From: Alphaproteobacteria bacterium
GTDB lineage: Bacteria > Pseudomonadota > Alphaproteobacteria > GCA-2731375
DNA length: 64,000 nucleotides
Assembly (NCBI GenBank): GCA_965232515.1
Contig: CBDDPY010000002.1
Span: 5,792,001 to 5,856,000, forward strand
Direction of reading: 5' to 3'
The translations under genes and the position numbers were made by a program. The notes under the pieces were generated by a model. That model searched no databases and was not told where the DNA came from. It saw only the letters and a list, made by a program, of their open reading frames with translations. Shown one piece after another: positions 27,469 to 37,298 of the stretch (its first letter is position 1; each line of letters begins with the position of its first letter).

Positions 27469-28536
27469 TTACGAATTGACCAGTGTGACGCCATGATCCG
27501 CAAAGCGGACGGCGATCGCCGTGCCGGATGGGACGGGTGACATTACCTGCTGGCTGACGACAAACAGATCGCCGACCGACGTATCCACGGCGTATTCGAT
27601 ATGCGTGCCGAGGTAGGTGGCTTTGCGGACCACGCCGCTGATGCCGCTATTGTCGGCCGCGTCGGTCAGCAGAATGGAATGTGGGCGGATCGCGACTTGT
27701 GCGCTGCCGGGGGACAGGCCGCGATGCGGCAATTCCAGCTCCATGTCGCCGATCATAACGCGCGCGGTGTCGCCGTTCAGGCTGACGACGTCGACATCAA
27801 CCAGATTCGCGTCGCCGATGAAATCCGCGACGAACAGGTCGGCCGGCTCTTCATAGAGCTCGCGCGGCGTGCCCTGCTGCGCGATCGCCGCGTTGGTCAT
27901 GACGATGATCCGGTCCGATACCGCCAGCGCCTCTTCCTGATCGTGGGTGACGTAGACCGATGTCAGGGCCAGGTTCTGCTGAATGTCGCGAATTTCCTCC
28001 CGCACGCGGCGACGCAGCTTGGCGTCCAGGTTCGACAGGGGCTCGTCGAACAACAGGACCTGCGGTTCGAGGACCAGCGCGCGGGCGACCGCGACACGCT
28101 GCTGCTGACCGCCCGACAGCTCGCTTGGCAGCCGCGCGCCATAGCCGGCCAGTCCGACCAGCGCCAGGCCGTCCTCGGCCTTCTCGCGGGCTTCCGACTT
28201 CGACGCGCCGCTGACGCTGAGGCCGTAGGCGACATTTTCGATCACGCTCATATGCGGGAACAGCGCGTAGGACTGAAATACCATGCTGACATCACGGTTC
28301 GTGGCGGGCAGCAGGGTCACGTCCTGCTCGCCGATCCAGATCCGGCCGCTGGTCGGCATCTCCAGACCGGCGATCATGCGCAGCGTCGTGGTTTTACCGC
28401 AGCCGCTGGGACCCAGAAGCGTGACGAGCGCCCCCGCCTCGACATCGAACGAGACGTTGTCAACGGCGACGGTTTCGCCGAAGGCCTTCGTCACGCCGTC
28501 AAACCGCACGGCGGCCGCTTTGGTCCTGATGTCCAC
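27469..28536 (-). CDS. ABC transporter ATP-binding protein (FbpC/AfuC-like)
   Basis: GPSGCGKTT, FQSYALFPH, LSGGQQQR, FDEPLSNLD. Confidence 0.92.
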   Translation of the reverse strand: MDIRTKAAAVRFDGVTKAFGETVAVDNVSFDVEAGALVTLLGPSGCGKTTTLRMIAGLEMPTSGRIWIGEQDVTLLPATNRDVSMVFQSYALFPHMSVIENVAYGLSVSGASKSEAREKAEDGLALVGLAGYGARLPSELSGGQQQRVAVARALVLEPQVLLFDEPLSNLDAKLRRRVREEIRDIQQNLALTSVYVTHDQEEALAVSDRIIVMTNAAIAQQGTPRELYEEPADLFVADFIGDANLVDVDVVSLNGDTARVMIGDMELELPHRGLSPGSAQVAIRPHSILLTDAADNSGISGVVRKATYLGTHIEYAVDTSVGDLFVVSQQVMSPVPSGTAIAVRFADHGVTLVNS

Positions 28537-28541
28537 GAGTC

Positions 28542-30749
28542 TCAGCCTCCCGCCATGACGGATGCCGGCTGACGCGCATCGCCGCGCCGGCCGATGCGGC
28601 GTTCGCCGACCAGCAGTTGAACGACACCGATGGCCATCAGCATGACCAGGATCAACACCGAGGAATAGGCAATCGACAGTCCGTAGTCGCCGTTCTCGAC
28701 CCGCCCGATGATGTAGGACGTCGCCATGTCGTAATTGGCGCTCACCAGGAAGATGACCGCGCTGATCGCCGTCATGGCGCGGACAAAGCTGAAGACCAGC
28801 GCCGCGACGATCGCCGGCCGCAACAACGGCAGGATGACCTTGCGTATGGTGACCCAGGTATTCGCGCCCAGCGTCAGCGACGCTTCGTCCAGGCTCCTGT
28901 CGAGCTGGCTCATCGAGGCGATGCCGGCGCGCACGCCCACCGGCATGTTGCGGAAGATGAAGCAGATCACCAGGATCACGCCGGTTCCGGTCAATTCGAA
29001 CGGCGGCACGTTGTAGGCCAGCACGTAGCTGACGCCGATCACGGTGCCGGGTATGGCGAAGCTCAGCATGGTGCCGAACTCGAAGCTGTCCTTGCCGGCG
29101 AAGTTCTGCCGTACCAGCAGGTATGCCGTCAGCAGGCCGATGGCCGCGGTCAACGGCGCCGACACGGCGGCGATGGTGATCGTGGTGCCGAAGGAGTTCC
29201 AGGCGGCGCCGCTCCAGACCAGGCCATGCTCGCCCGTGGTGATCGAGAAGGCGTCGAGATAGTGCCGTAGCGTGAAGGAATGATCGCGCCCCCAGGTCTC
29301 GACGAAGCCGCCGAACATGATCATCAAATAGATGATCGCGGTCAGCACGGCCCAGGGGATGGCCGTGCTGAACACCAGCCAGTGCAAGCGTCGCGGCAAT
29401 TGCACATGGATGCCGGCGTCGCCCTTGCCGGTCACCGTGGTGTAGGAGCGCCGGCCCAGCCAGCGGCGTTGCGCGTAGAACGCGGTCAGCGTGAACGCCA
29501 GCAGCACAATGGCCAGGACGGCGGCCTGCCCCTGGTCGTTCTGGGCGCCGACGATGGCGAAAAAGATCTCCGTCGACAGGACGTCGAAATTGCCGCCAAG
29601 CACCAGGGGATTGCCGAAATCGGCCATGCTTTCGATGAAGCCCAGCAGAAAGGCGTTTGCCAGGCCGGGCCGCATCAACGGCAGCGAGACGGTCGTGAAC
29701 GTTTTCCAGCTATCGGCGCGCAGGGTCTGCGCCGCTTCCTCCATGGACGGGCTGACGCCCTCGACGACGCCGATCAGGACCAGGAAGGCGATGGGCGTGA
29801 AGGCCAGCATCTGCGCGAACCAGATGCCGGGCAGGCCATAGATCCAGCGGCTGGCCGGTATGTCGAAGGTGTATTCGAGGAACTGCGTCACCGCGCCGGA
29901 TCGGCCGAACAGCAGGATCACGGCAAGGCCGATGACGAAGGGCGGCGTGATGATGGGCAAGACGGTCAGGACCCGCAACGACCGCTTGGCGCGAAAATTG
30001 GTTCTGGTCGCGATCAGCGCGAAGGCGAGGCCGAGCAACGTCGTGCCGATGCCGACCATGATCGCCAGGATCAGCGAGTTCCAGGCGACGCCGCAACTGA
30101 CGTTGCTGTAGAGGCAGTTCACGCCCCAGATCTTGTCGTCGAACAGCTTCTCGAACAGGATGCCGAGCGAATAGACGCCGTCATTGTCCTGCAGCGCGCT
30201 GGCCAGGATGCGGGTGACGGGGAAAAAGATGAAGGCGGCGACCAGCGCGATGATCAGTCCGATCGATCCGACGACGAAGACGTCGCCGTTCACCGCGCCG
30301 CGCGCGGCGATACCCCGGGTCAGCAGAAACAGGAACGCGCCGCAGACCAGCAGCGCGCCATAGCCCATGCCGAACTGCCGGTCGTCGAGCGGCCCGAACA
30401 TCAGCTCGAACGACGCGAACTCCCAACCGGCGATGCCGATGGCGAAGCCCTGCGCCATCGCATAGGCGAGACCGCCGCCGCCCGCGACCAAAAGCACGGT
30501 CGCGAACAGCGGATCGGTTCTGGAGCGGCCGGCAAGGCCGAGCGGCAACAGCAGAAACACCGCCACCGGAGCAAGCCAGACCTTGCCGCCGGCGAAGACC
30601 TGGACCAGCCCCGGTGCATAGTCGGCATCGAGCGGGTAGCCGTCGAAGACCCAGGCAAAGGCCCAGAAGCCGTCTTCGACGGCATACCAGGGCAGCACGG
30701 CAAAGCCGATACCGCCGACAGCGAGCCAAAGGACGACCGATCTATCCAT
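28542..30749 (-). CDS. ABC transporter permease, fused double domain (FbpB/AfuB-like)
   Basis: Two EAA motifs (MEEAAQTLRA, LDEASLTLGA), ADFGNP, many TM segments. Confidence 0.92.
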   Translation of the reverse strand: MDRSVVLWLAVGGIGFAVLPWYAVEDGFWAFAWVFDGYPLDADYAPGLVQVFAGGKVWLAPVAVFLLLPLGLAGRSRTDPLFATVLLVAGGGGLAYAMAQGFAIGIAGWEFASFELMFGPLDDRQFGMGYGALLVCGAFLFLLTRGIAARGAVNGDVFVVGSIGLIIALVAAFIFFPVTRILASALQDNDGVYSLGILFEKLFDDKIWGVNCLYSNVSCGVAWNSLILAIMVGIGTTLLGLAFALIATRTNFRAKRSLRVLTVLPIITPPFVIGLAVILLFGRSGAVTQFLEYTFDIPASRWIYGLPGIWFAQMLAFTPIAFLVLIGVVEGVSPSMEEAAQTLRADSWKTFTTVSLPLMRPGLANAFLLGFIESMADFGNPLVLGGNFDVLSTEIFFAIVGAQNDQGQAAVLAIVLLAFTLTAFYAQRRWLGRRSYTTVTGKGDAGIHVQLPRRLHWLVFSTAIPWAVLTAIIYLMIMFGGFVETWGRDHSFTLRHYLDAFSITTGEHGLVWSGAAWNSFGTTITIAAVSAPLTAAIGLLTAYLLVRQNFAGKDSFEFGTMLSFAIPGTVIGVSYVLAYNVPPFELTGTGVILVICFIFRNMPVGVRAGIASMSQLDRSLDEASLTLGANTWVTIRKVILPLLRPAIVAALVFSFVRAMTAISAVIFLVSANYDMATSYIIGRVENGDYGLSIAYSSVLILVMLMAIGVVQLLVGERRIGRRGDARQPASVMAGG

Positions 30750-30787
30750 CGCCCGTCAGACGCCCGGGCCAAGCCATGTTCGGCGGC

Positions 30788-31822
30788 TCAACGTGGCAGC
30801 GACTTCACCTCATCGTCCCACTTCTTCAGCAGCCGGCGGCGTTCGGCCGACGAGCCGTATTTCTTGAAGTCGTAGTCGATCAGCTTGATCTGATCGAGGT
30901 TCGGCGCTTCCGGCGGCGGCACGGCGGCCTGGTTCGACATCACCTGATAGGCCTTGGCCTCCTTCGCCCGCATCTGGATCTCCTTGCGCAGCGCGAAGTC
31001 ATAGAACTTCTTGGCGCTGTCCAGGTTGCGCGCGCCCTTGATGATGCTCATCGAACCGATCTCGTAGCCGGTGCCCTCGCAGGGCGCGACGATCTCGATC
31101 GGAAACCCCTTCACGACCTGCGTCACCATGTCGTGCATGAAGGTGATGGCCAGGGTCGTTTCGCCGCGCGCCGCCGCCTTGATCGGCGCCGAGCCTGACT
31201 TGGTGTACTGGTTGATGTTCTTGTGCAGACCCTTCATGAAGTCGAAGCCCTTGTCCTCGCCGAAGATCTGCACGATCGTCGCCAGCGTCGTGTAGGCGGT
31301 GCCGGACGAGTTCGGGTTGGCCATCTGGACCTCGCCCTTGTAGACCGGCTTGGTCAGGTCGTCCCAGCATGTGGGCGCGGGCAGGCCTTTCGATTTCAGC
31401 AGTTCCGCGTTGTAGCCGATGCCGAGGCCGCCGGCATAGATCCCGACCGTCTTGTCGCCGGCCGCCTTTGCCTGCCTTTGCGCCCAGTCGTGCAGCTGGT
31501 CGAACATCGGCGACACATACGGCTGGGTCAGGCCTTCCTCGGCCGCCTGCAGGTGCGGATCGCCGGTGCCGCCCCACCAGACGTCGCCCTTCGGATTGCG
31601 CGCCTCGGCCTTGATCTGCGCGAAGGTCTCGCCGGAGCTTTTTCGCGTCATCGCGACCTTGATGCCGGTCTCCTTCTCGAAGGCCTCGACCATCAGATTG
31701 CACCATTCGATCTGCGGGCTGCAGTAAAGGGTCAGTTTGTCGGCCGCCAGAGCGGACAATGTGAGACCGGCCAGCGATATGCCGGCGGCCAGTGCCGTCC
31801 AAAGTTGGGTCTTCATGGTCAT
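30788..31822 (-). CDS. ABC substrate-binding protein (AfuA-like)
   Basis: Signal peptide, DVWWGGTGDPH, MANPNSSGTAYT, YTKSG, PCEGTGYEIG. Confidence 0.9.
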   Translation of the reverse strand: MTMKTQLWTALAAGISLAGLTLSALAADKLTLYCSPQIEWCNLMVEAFEKETGIKVAMTRKSSGETFAQIKAEARNPKGDVWWGGTGDPHLQAAEEGLTQPYVSPMFDQLHDWAQRQAKAAGDKTVGIYAGGLGIGYNAELLKSKGLPAPTCWDDLTKPVYKGEVQMANPNSSGTAYTTLATIVQIFGEDKGFDFMKGLHKNINQYTKSGSAPIKAAARGETTLAITFMHDMVTQVVKGFPIEIVAPCEGTGYEIGSMSIIKGARNLDSAKKFYDFALRKEIQMRAKEAKAYQVMSNQAAVPPPEAPNLDQIKLIDYDFKKYGSSAERRRLLKKWDDEVKSLPR

Positions 31823-31989
31823 GACGTCTCCTCCGCTGTTCTATTGTTGTCCGCTGCCGTCGCGTCGGCAGCGGTTGGCATCATTCGTTTTGGCCTTGTC
31901 GACCGTTAAAACGGTATCGCCAGGTCATGTTCAAAAAATCGTCATAAATATGCAACAAATCTGTTTTGCCAGACTGGAGGTCGCGGCCC

Positions 31990-32784
31990 ATGACTGAGGA
32001 TCCGATCGGACGGCGCATGGACTTCGCCGCCGGTTTGGCGCGTGAAGCCGGGCGTCTTGCGCTGACCTATTTCGACGCCCGCGAAAGCCTGGCGGTCAAG
32101 GACAAGGGCCCGCAGGACATGGCCACCGAGGCGGATCTGAACGTCGAGTCGCTGATCCGCGAACGCCTCTCGGCGACCTTCCCTGAAGACGGTTTCGTCG
32201 GCGAAGAAACGGGCGGCGAGGCGGCCGATGCCGACGCCGCCGTCTGGGTGGTCGATCCGATTGACGGGACGGCGTGCTTTGTCGTCGGCATCCCGACCTG
32301 GTGCGTCTCGATCGGTTTCGCCCGCGCCGGCCGGATCGAGCTGGGCGTGATCTACGATCCGAACAGCGACGAATTGTTCGTCGGCCGACGGGGTCATGGC
32401 GCGACGCTGAACGGCGCCGAAATGCGCATCAGCGCGGCCGACGATTTCAGCCAGGGCATGACCGGGCTCGGTTTTTCGCATCGGGTCGATCCGCCCAGCT
32501 TTGTCGGCGTTGCCGATCGGCTGCTGCGTGCCGGCGGCATGCTGCATCGCTGCGGTTCCGGCGCCCTGTCGCTGGCCTACGTCGCGGCGGGCCGGCTGAA
32601 CGGCTACTATGAGCCGCATATGAACGCCTGGGACTCGGTCGCCGGCGTGGCGCTGGTCCAGGCCGCCGGGGGTTGGACCAACGACGTGCTGGCGAACGGC
32701 GGCCTGGCGAAGGGGTCGGCCGTGCTTGCGGCCGCGCCCGGCCTGAAGGACGCCCTGCAGCGGCTGGTGTCGTGCGACGGCTGA
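31990..32784 (+). CDS. Inositol monophosphatase family protein
   Basis: TEAD, GEE, WVVDPIDGT, GSGAL, WDSVAG. Confidence 0.93.
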   Translation: MTEDPIGRRMDFAAGLAREAGRLALTYFDARESLAVKDKGPQDMATEADLNVESLIRERLSATFPEDGFVGEETGGEAADADAAVWVVDPIDGTACFVVGIPTWCVSIGFARAGRIELGVIYDPNSDELFVGRRGHGATLNGAEMRISAADDFSQGMTGLGFSHRVDPPSFVGVADRLLRAGGMLHRCGSGALSLAYVAAGRLNGYYEPHMNAWDSVAGVALVQAAGGWTNDVLANGGLAKGSAVLAAAPGLKDALQRLVSCDG

Positions 32785-32799
32785 ACGAACGGATGATGC

Positions 32800-33708
32800 A
32801 TGACTGACCGACAAGCCGGCGTGGTTTCACTCGGACTCGGCGCGACGCAGGTCGATGTCTGTCCCGCCGCCGGCGGCTCGGTGGCGCGGTATCGCACAAC
32901 GACGGGCGATCGGACGATCGACTGGCTCCGGCCCGCATCGGCGGACACGTTGCGTGACGGCGATCCGCTCGGTATGGCCAGCTTCCCGCTGGTGCCGTTT
33001 TCGAACCGTATTCGACAGGGCCGGTTCGACTTCGGTGGGCGTCGAGTGACGCTGCCGCTGAACCGGTCCGATATGCCGCATGCGATCCATGGTCATGGCT
33101 GGCAAACGGCCTGGACGGTGGCGGACCGGTCGGCCGATGCACTGACGCTCGAATACACGCACGCGGCCGGTGCCTGGCCGTTTCCTTACCGCGCGCGGCA
33201 GCATTTCGTGCTGACGGATATCGCTCTGACGATCACCATCGGGGTCGAGAACACCGGTGACGAGCCGATGCCGGCCGGCCTTGGCCTGCATCCCTACTTC
33301 AATCGGGGCGGCGGTGCGCGGGTATCCGCGGCCGTGGAAGCCGTCTGGCTGACCGACGACGAGGTGATGCCGACGGAAAGAACCGCGGTGCCGTCGGGTT
33401 GGCGGCTGGCCGATGGCCTCGATGTCGATGCCGTCGCGCTCGACAACGGCTTCACCGGCTGGAACGGCGAGGCCCAGATCCGGTGGCCGGCAAGCGGCGA
33501 AGCGCTATCGATCGAGGCCGATGCGGCGTTCGGGTATCTGGTGGTGTTCACGCCGCCTGGCGCCGACTTCTTCTGCGCCGAGCCGGTGAGCCATTGCACC
33601 GACGCCTTCAACATGGCAGCCGCCGGCAGGGACGACACCGGCATGGCCGTGCTGGCGCCGGGAAAGGCGTTAAGCGGCAGCGTGACGTTCACGCCGCGGC
33701 TTGATTGA
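32800..33708 (+). CDS. Aldose 1-epimerase family protein
   Basis: PLVPFSNRI, HAIHGHGW, GLHPYF, FFCAEPVSH. Confidence 0.9.
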   Translation: MTDRQAGVVSLGLGATQVDVCPAAGGSVARYRTTTGDRTIDWLRPASADTLRDGDPLGMASFPLVPFSNRIRQGRFDFGGRRVTLPLNRSDMPHAIHGHGWQTAWTVADRSADALTLEYTHAAGAWPFPYRARQHFVLTDIALTITIGVENTGDEPMPAGLGLHPYFNRGGGARVSAAVEAVWLTDDEVMPTERTAVPSGWRLADGLDVDAVALDNGFTGWNGEAQIRWPASGEALSIEADAAFGYLVVFTPPGADFFCAEPVSHCTDAFNMAAAGRDDTGMAVLAPGKALSGSVTFTPRLD

Positions 33709-33711
33709 GCG

Positions 33712-34584
33712 TCAGCCGGCGAAAAGCGGCGCCGGCAGGCCGCGGACGCCGGCATCGACCCGGAACAGGCCGCCGGCGAGCGGCTGCTTGGCGCGGGCTT
33801 CGGCACCGAGGCCGATCGTGGCGGTGGTGACGTAGAGGGCATCGAGATCGGGGCCGCCGAAGGCGCATTTCGTGACCCGACCGACCGGCATCTCGATGAT
33901 GCGGTCGACGCGGCCGTCGGGCGCGAACCGGGTCAGCCGCCAGCCGTCCCAGTGTCCGGCCCAGAGATGGTTCTCGGCATCGATGGTCAGGCCGTCGGGA
34001 TAGCCGGCGCCGTCGGGGAACTCGATATGGACGCGCTTGTTGGCGAGGCCGTCATCGGTCACGTCGAAGGCATAGATCAGCCGCTTGAAGGTGTCGGCAT
34101 GGTAGCAAGTGCGGCCGTCGGTGCTGAAGGCCGGGCCGTTCGTGACCACATAGCCGTCATCCATGGCCCGCCAGGAGAGGTCGGAGTCGAGGCGGTAGAG
34201 CTTGCCCGTCGGTTGCCCTTCGCTGTCGTCCATCGAGCCGGCCCAGAAGCGGCCCGCCGCGTCGCAGACGCCGTCATTGAAGCGGTTATCGGGCAGGTCC
34301 GGCTCGGGATCGCCGATAGCCTTAAACGTGCCGGCGGCGGGATCGACGAACTTGAAGCCGGTTTTGCAGCCCGCGACGAAGCCGGCCGCGTCGCGGCGCT
34401 TGGCGATGCAGCCGATACGTTCCGGCATCGGCCAGGTATCCGTCGCGCCGGTCTCGGGCCGATAGCGGTTGATCGCCGGCGCCTTGATATCGACCCAGTA
34501 GAGGGCGCTCTCGGCCTCGACCCAGATAGGGCCTTCGCCGAGAACGGCGTTCGCGGCCCAGACGCACTCGATGTCGGTGGTCAT
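33712..34584 (-). CDS. SMP-30/gluconolactonase family (xylonolactonase-like)
   Basis: LGEGP.W, RFNDG, NGPAFS, GYPDG, AFGGPDL..LYVT; start overlaps the upstream SDR stop. Confidence 0.92.
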   Translation of the reverse strand: MTTDIECVWAANAVLGEGPIWVEAESALYWVDIKAPAINRYRPETGATDTWPMPERIGCIAKRRDAAGFVAGCKTGFKFVDPAAGTFKAIGDPEPDLPDNRFNDGVCDAAGRFWAGSMDDSEGQPTGKLYRLDSDLSWRAMDDGYVVTNGPAFSTDGRTCYHADTFKRLIYAFDVTDDGLANKRVHIEFPDGAGYPDGLTIDAENHLWAGHWDGWRLTRFAPDGRVDRIIEMPVGRVTKCAFGGPDLDALYVTTATIGLGAEARAKQPLAGGLFRVDAGVRGLPAPLFAG

Positions 34585-35348
34585 ACCCAGCCGCCGTCGA
34601 CGATATAGTTCTGCGACGTGCAGGCGGCGCTGTCGTCGGAGGCCAGGAACAGCACGGGCCGGGCGATATCGTCGGGATAGAGCTTGCGCTTCAGGCATTG
34701 CCGCGTCATCAGCTCCTGCTCGCCCTCCGGCGTCAGCCACAGGCGCTCCTGCCGCTCGGTCATGATCCAGCCCGGCAGGATCGAATTCACCCGGATGTTC
34801 ATCGGGCCGAGGTCGCGGGCGAGCGAGCGGGTCAGGCCGACGATCGCCGACTTGGCGGCGGAATAGCCGGCCATGCCGCCCTGGCCGGCAAGCCAGGTGG
34901 TCGATCCCATGTTGACGATCGAGCCGCCGCCGGCGACAGCCATGCCCTTGTGCACGGCCTGGGCGGCGAAGAACTGATGCCGCAGATTCACCGCCATGCG
35001 GTCGTCCCAGTATTCGGCCGTCACCTTGTCCAGCGGATGACGTTCGTCGTGCGCTGCGTTGTTGACCAGAACCCGGATCGCGCCGAGTCGGTCGGCGGCC
35101 TTGGCAACGCAATCCTGAAGCTGGTCGATGTCGCGCAGGTCGCAGGGCAGGAACAGCGGCTCCGGATCGCCTTTCGCCGCGATCTCCTCGGCCAGCATCT
35201 CCGACGGCTCCGCGGCGATGTCGACGAAGGCGACCTTGGCGCCCTGCGCGCAGAAGTGTTCGACAATGGCCGCGCCGATGCCGGAGCCGCCGCCGGTCAC
35301 GAATACGACGCGGTCTTTCAGGCTGGGATAGACGGCGTATGCCGGCAT
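34581..35348 (-). CDS. SDR, D-xylose 1-dehydrogenase-like
   Basis: AVYPSLKDRVVFVTGGGSGIG, NNAAHDERH, VNLRHQFF, YSAAK, PGWIMTERQ..LW, as in the Caulobacter XylB-type family. Confidence 0.85.
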   Translation of the reverse strand: MPAYAVYPSLKDRVVFVTGGGSGIGAAIVEHFCAQGAKVAFVDIAAEPSEMLAEEIAAKGDPEPLFLPCDLRDIDQLQDCVAKAADRLGAIRVLVNNAAHDERHPLDKVTAEYWDDRMAVNLRHQFFAAQAVHKGMAVAGGGSIVNMGSTTWLAGQGGMAGYSAAKSAIVGLTRSLARDLGPMNIRVNSILPGWIMTERQERLWLTPEGEQELMTRQCLKRKLYPDDIARPVLFLASDDSAACTSQNYIVDGGWV

Positions 35349-35371
35349 GTCTCGATCTCCTCGCTCGGTGT

Positions 35372-36202
35372 CTAGAGCTTATAGACGCGCGCGGCGTTGC
35401 CACCAAAGATCTTCGGCGTGTCATCGGCGGAAAGACCCGAGAGACAAGCGTTGACGGCCTGCCACCAGTCGCCATAGCCGGCGGTCTCGGTCAGCACCGG
35501 CCAGTCGCTGCCCCAGATCAGGCGGCCGGGACCGAAGCAGTCGAGCAGGTGATCGACATAGCGGCGCAGGCCGTCGACGGACCAGTCCGGTCCGGCCTCG
35601 GTGATCAGGCCGGAGAGCTTGCAGTCGGCGTCCGTCTCGGCCGCGAGGCGCGCCATATGCGCGGCCCAATCGTCAAACGCGCCGGCGGCGATGTCGGGCT
35701 TGGCGCCGTGGCAGATCACGGCGCGCATGTCGGCGTGGCGGGCGAGCAGGTCGTGCAGGTAGGGCAGCTGCGGCGGCTTCACCAGGCACTCGAACACCAG
35801 ATCCAGCTCGACGACGGCGCGGTAGGCGGGCGTCAGGGCCTCGCCCAACATCCAGTCGGCTTGAGGGATGTCCTGGATCATCGGCCGGATGCCCTTCAGG
35901 TAGGGATTGCCGGCGAGGCGTGCGAGCGTCGCCGCGGCGTCGGCGCTTTCCATATCGATCCAACCCACGACGCCGGCGACCATGTCGTGCGCCGCGGCCT
36001 GTTCCAGCATGAACTCGGTTTCGGCCACCGTCGCGGCAGCCTGCACCAGTACGATACGGTCGATACCGGCCGCCTCGAGATGCGGGCGGATGTCGTCCGC
36101 GCCGAAATCCCGGTTCAGCGCCGTTTGCTGCGGCTGGATCCAGGTGTAGTCGCCGCGCGCCAGGCGCCAGAAATGCACATGCGCATCGATGCGGTCGGAC
36201 AT
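35372..36202 (-). CDS. Amidohydrolase family sugar lactonase (L-fuconolactonase-like)
   Basis: IDAHVHFW, LVQAA, HGAKP, CKLSGL.TEA, WGSDWPV. Confidence 0.88.
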   Translation of the reverse strand: MSDRIDAHVHFWRLARGDYTWIQPQQTALNRDFGADDIRPHLEAAGIDRIVLVQAAATVAETEFMLEQAAAHDMVAGVVGWIDMESADAAATLARLAGNPYLKGIRPMIQDIPQADWMLGEALTPAYRAVVELDLVFECLVKPPQLPYLHDLLARHADMRAVICHGAKPDIAAGAFDDWAAHMARLAAETDADCKLSGLITEAGPDWSVDGLRRYVDHLLDCFGPGRLIWGSDWPVLTETAGYGDWWQAVNACLSGLSADDTPKIFGGNAARVYKL

Positions 36203-36210
36203 GCCGCGGA

Positions 36211-37242
36211 TCAGTCCGGTGTCGGGGCGTCGGCGCGCAACAGACCCTCGGCCTTGAGCTCGGCCCACAGGTCGCCCGGGATCGGTGCGTTGATGGTCGT
36301 GACGTTGCGCTCGACCTCATCGGCGTTGACGGCGCCCGGGATCACCGAGGCGACGACGGGATGCGCCAGCGGGAACTGCAGCGCCGCGCTGGCAAGCGTC
36401 ACATCGTGCCGGGCGCAAACGGCCTCGATGGCCTCGACGCGGGCCAGGATCTCCGGCGGCGCGGGCTGATAGTTATAGTAGGCGCCGTCGATGGCGCCGG
36501 TCGCCAGGATGCCGGTGTTGTAGGGACCGCCGATGACGATGCCGATACCACGTTCCGCGCAGCGCGGCATCAGATCGTCGAGCGCGTCCTGCTCCAGCAA
36601 GGTATAGCGACCCGCCAGCAGGAAGGCGTCGAAGTCGCCGATGTCGGTTAGCGCCATGCAGGCTTCGGACTCGTTGACGCCGGCGCCGATGGCCCTGACC
36701 ACGCCCTCGTCGCGCAGCTTGGCGACGGCCTTGTAGGCGCCGTCGGCGACCTCGCGCAGGCGCTGCCGCCAGACCTCGCGGCTGCCATGCGTCCAGATGT
36801 CGACGTCGTGGATCAGCAACAGGTCGATGCGGTGCATGCCGAGGCGCTGCAGGCTGTCCTCGAACGAACGCATGACGGCGTCATAGGAATAGTCCGTCTC
36901 GCGGGCGAACGGCAGGGTGCGTTTGAAGATGCCGGCGTCGAAGTTCGATGGGTCGGCGGGCCGCAGCATCCAGCCGACTTTGGTCGACAGAATATAGTCG
37001 TCGCGCGGCCGCTGGCGCAGGGCATGGCCCATGCGGTGCTCACTGAGACCGTGGCCATAGAGCGGCGCCGTGTCGAAGAACCGCACGCCGGTCTGCCAAG
37101 CGGCGTCGATGGCGGCGGTGACCTGCGTCTCCGGCAGCGCGGCATACATGTTGCCGAACGGCGCCCCACCGAGGCCGAGGGCCGTCACCGAGACGTCGCT
37201 GCGACCGAGCCGGTTCGGATGGTCGGCGTGCAAATCAAGCAC
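36211..37242 (-). CDS. Aldo/keto reductase (D-threo-aldose/L-fucose dehydrogenase-like)
   Basis: LGLGGAPFGN, FDTAPLYGHGLSE, STKVG, IHD, LLAGRYTLLEQ. Confidence 0.88.
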   Translation of the reverse strand: MLDLHADHPNRLGRSDVSVTALGLGGAPFGNMYAALPETQVTAAIDAAWQTGVRFFDTAPLYGHGLSEHRMGHALRQRPRDDYILSTKVGWMLRPADPSNFDAGIFKRTLPFARETDYSYDAVMRSFEDSLQRLGMHRIDLLLIHDVDIWTHGSREVWRQRLREVADGAYKAVAKLRDEGVVRAIGAGVNESEACMALTDIGDFDAFLLAGRYTLLEQDALDDLMPRCAERGIGIVIGGPYNTGILATGAIDGAYYNYQPAPPEILARVEAIEAVCARHDVTLASAALQFPLAHPVVASVIPGAVNADEVERNVTTINAPIPGDLWAELKAEGLLRADAPTPD

Positions 37243-37252
37243 CCCCTAGTGG

Positions 37253-37289
37253 GCCTTCTCCCCGGGATTAGCAATCCCGGGGAGAAGGC
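37253..37289. terminator. Perfect 17-bp-stem hairpin downstream of the SBP gene (terminator or mRNA stabiliser)
   Basis: gccttctccccgggatt-agc-aatcccggggagaaggc; no U-tract. Confidence 0.65.
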
Positions 37290-37298
37290 AGGCGACGA

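Noticed and set aside
33712-35475. 587-aa ORF as an extended lactonase
   Set aside because: The extension is an alternate frame over the SDR; the lactonase starts at 34584.
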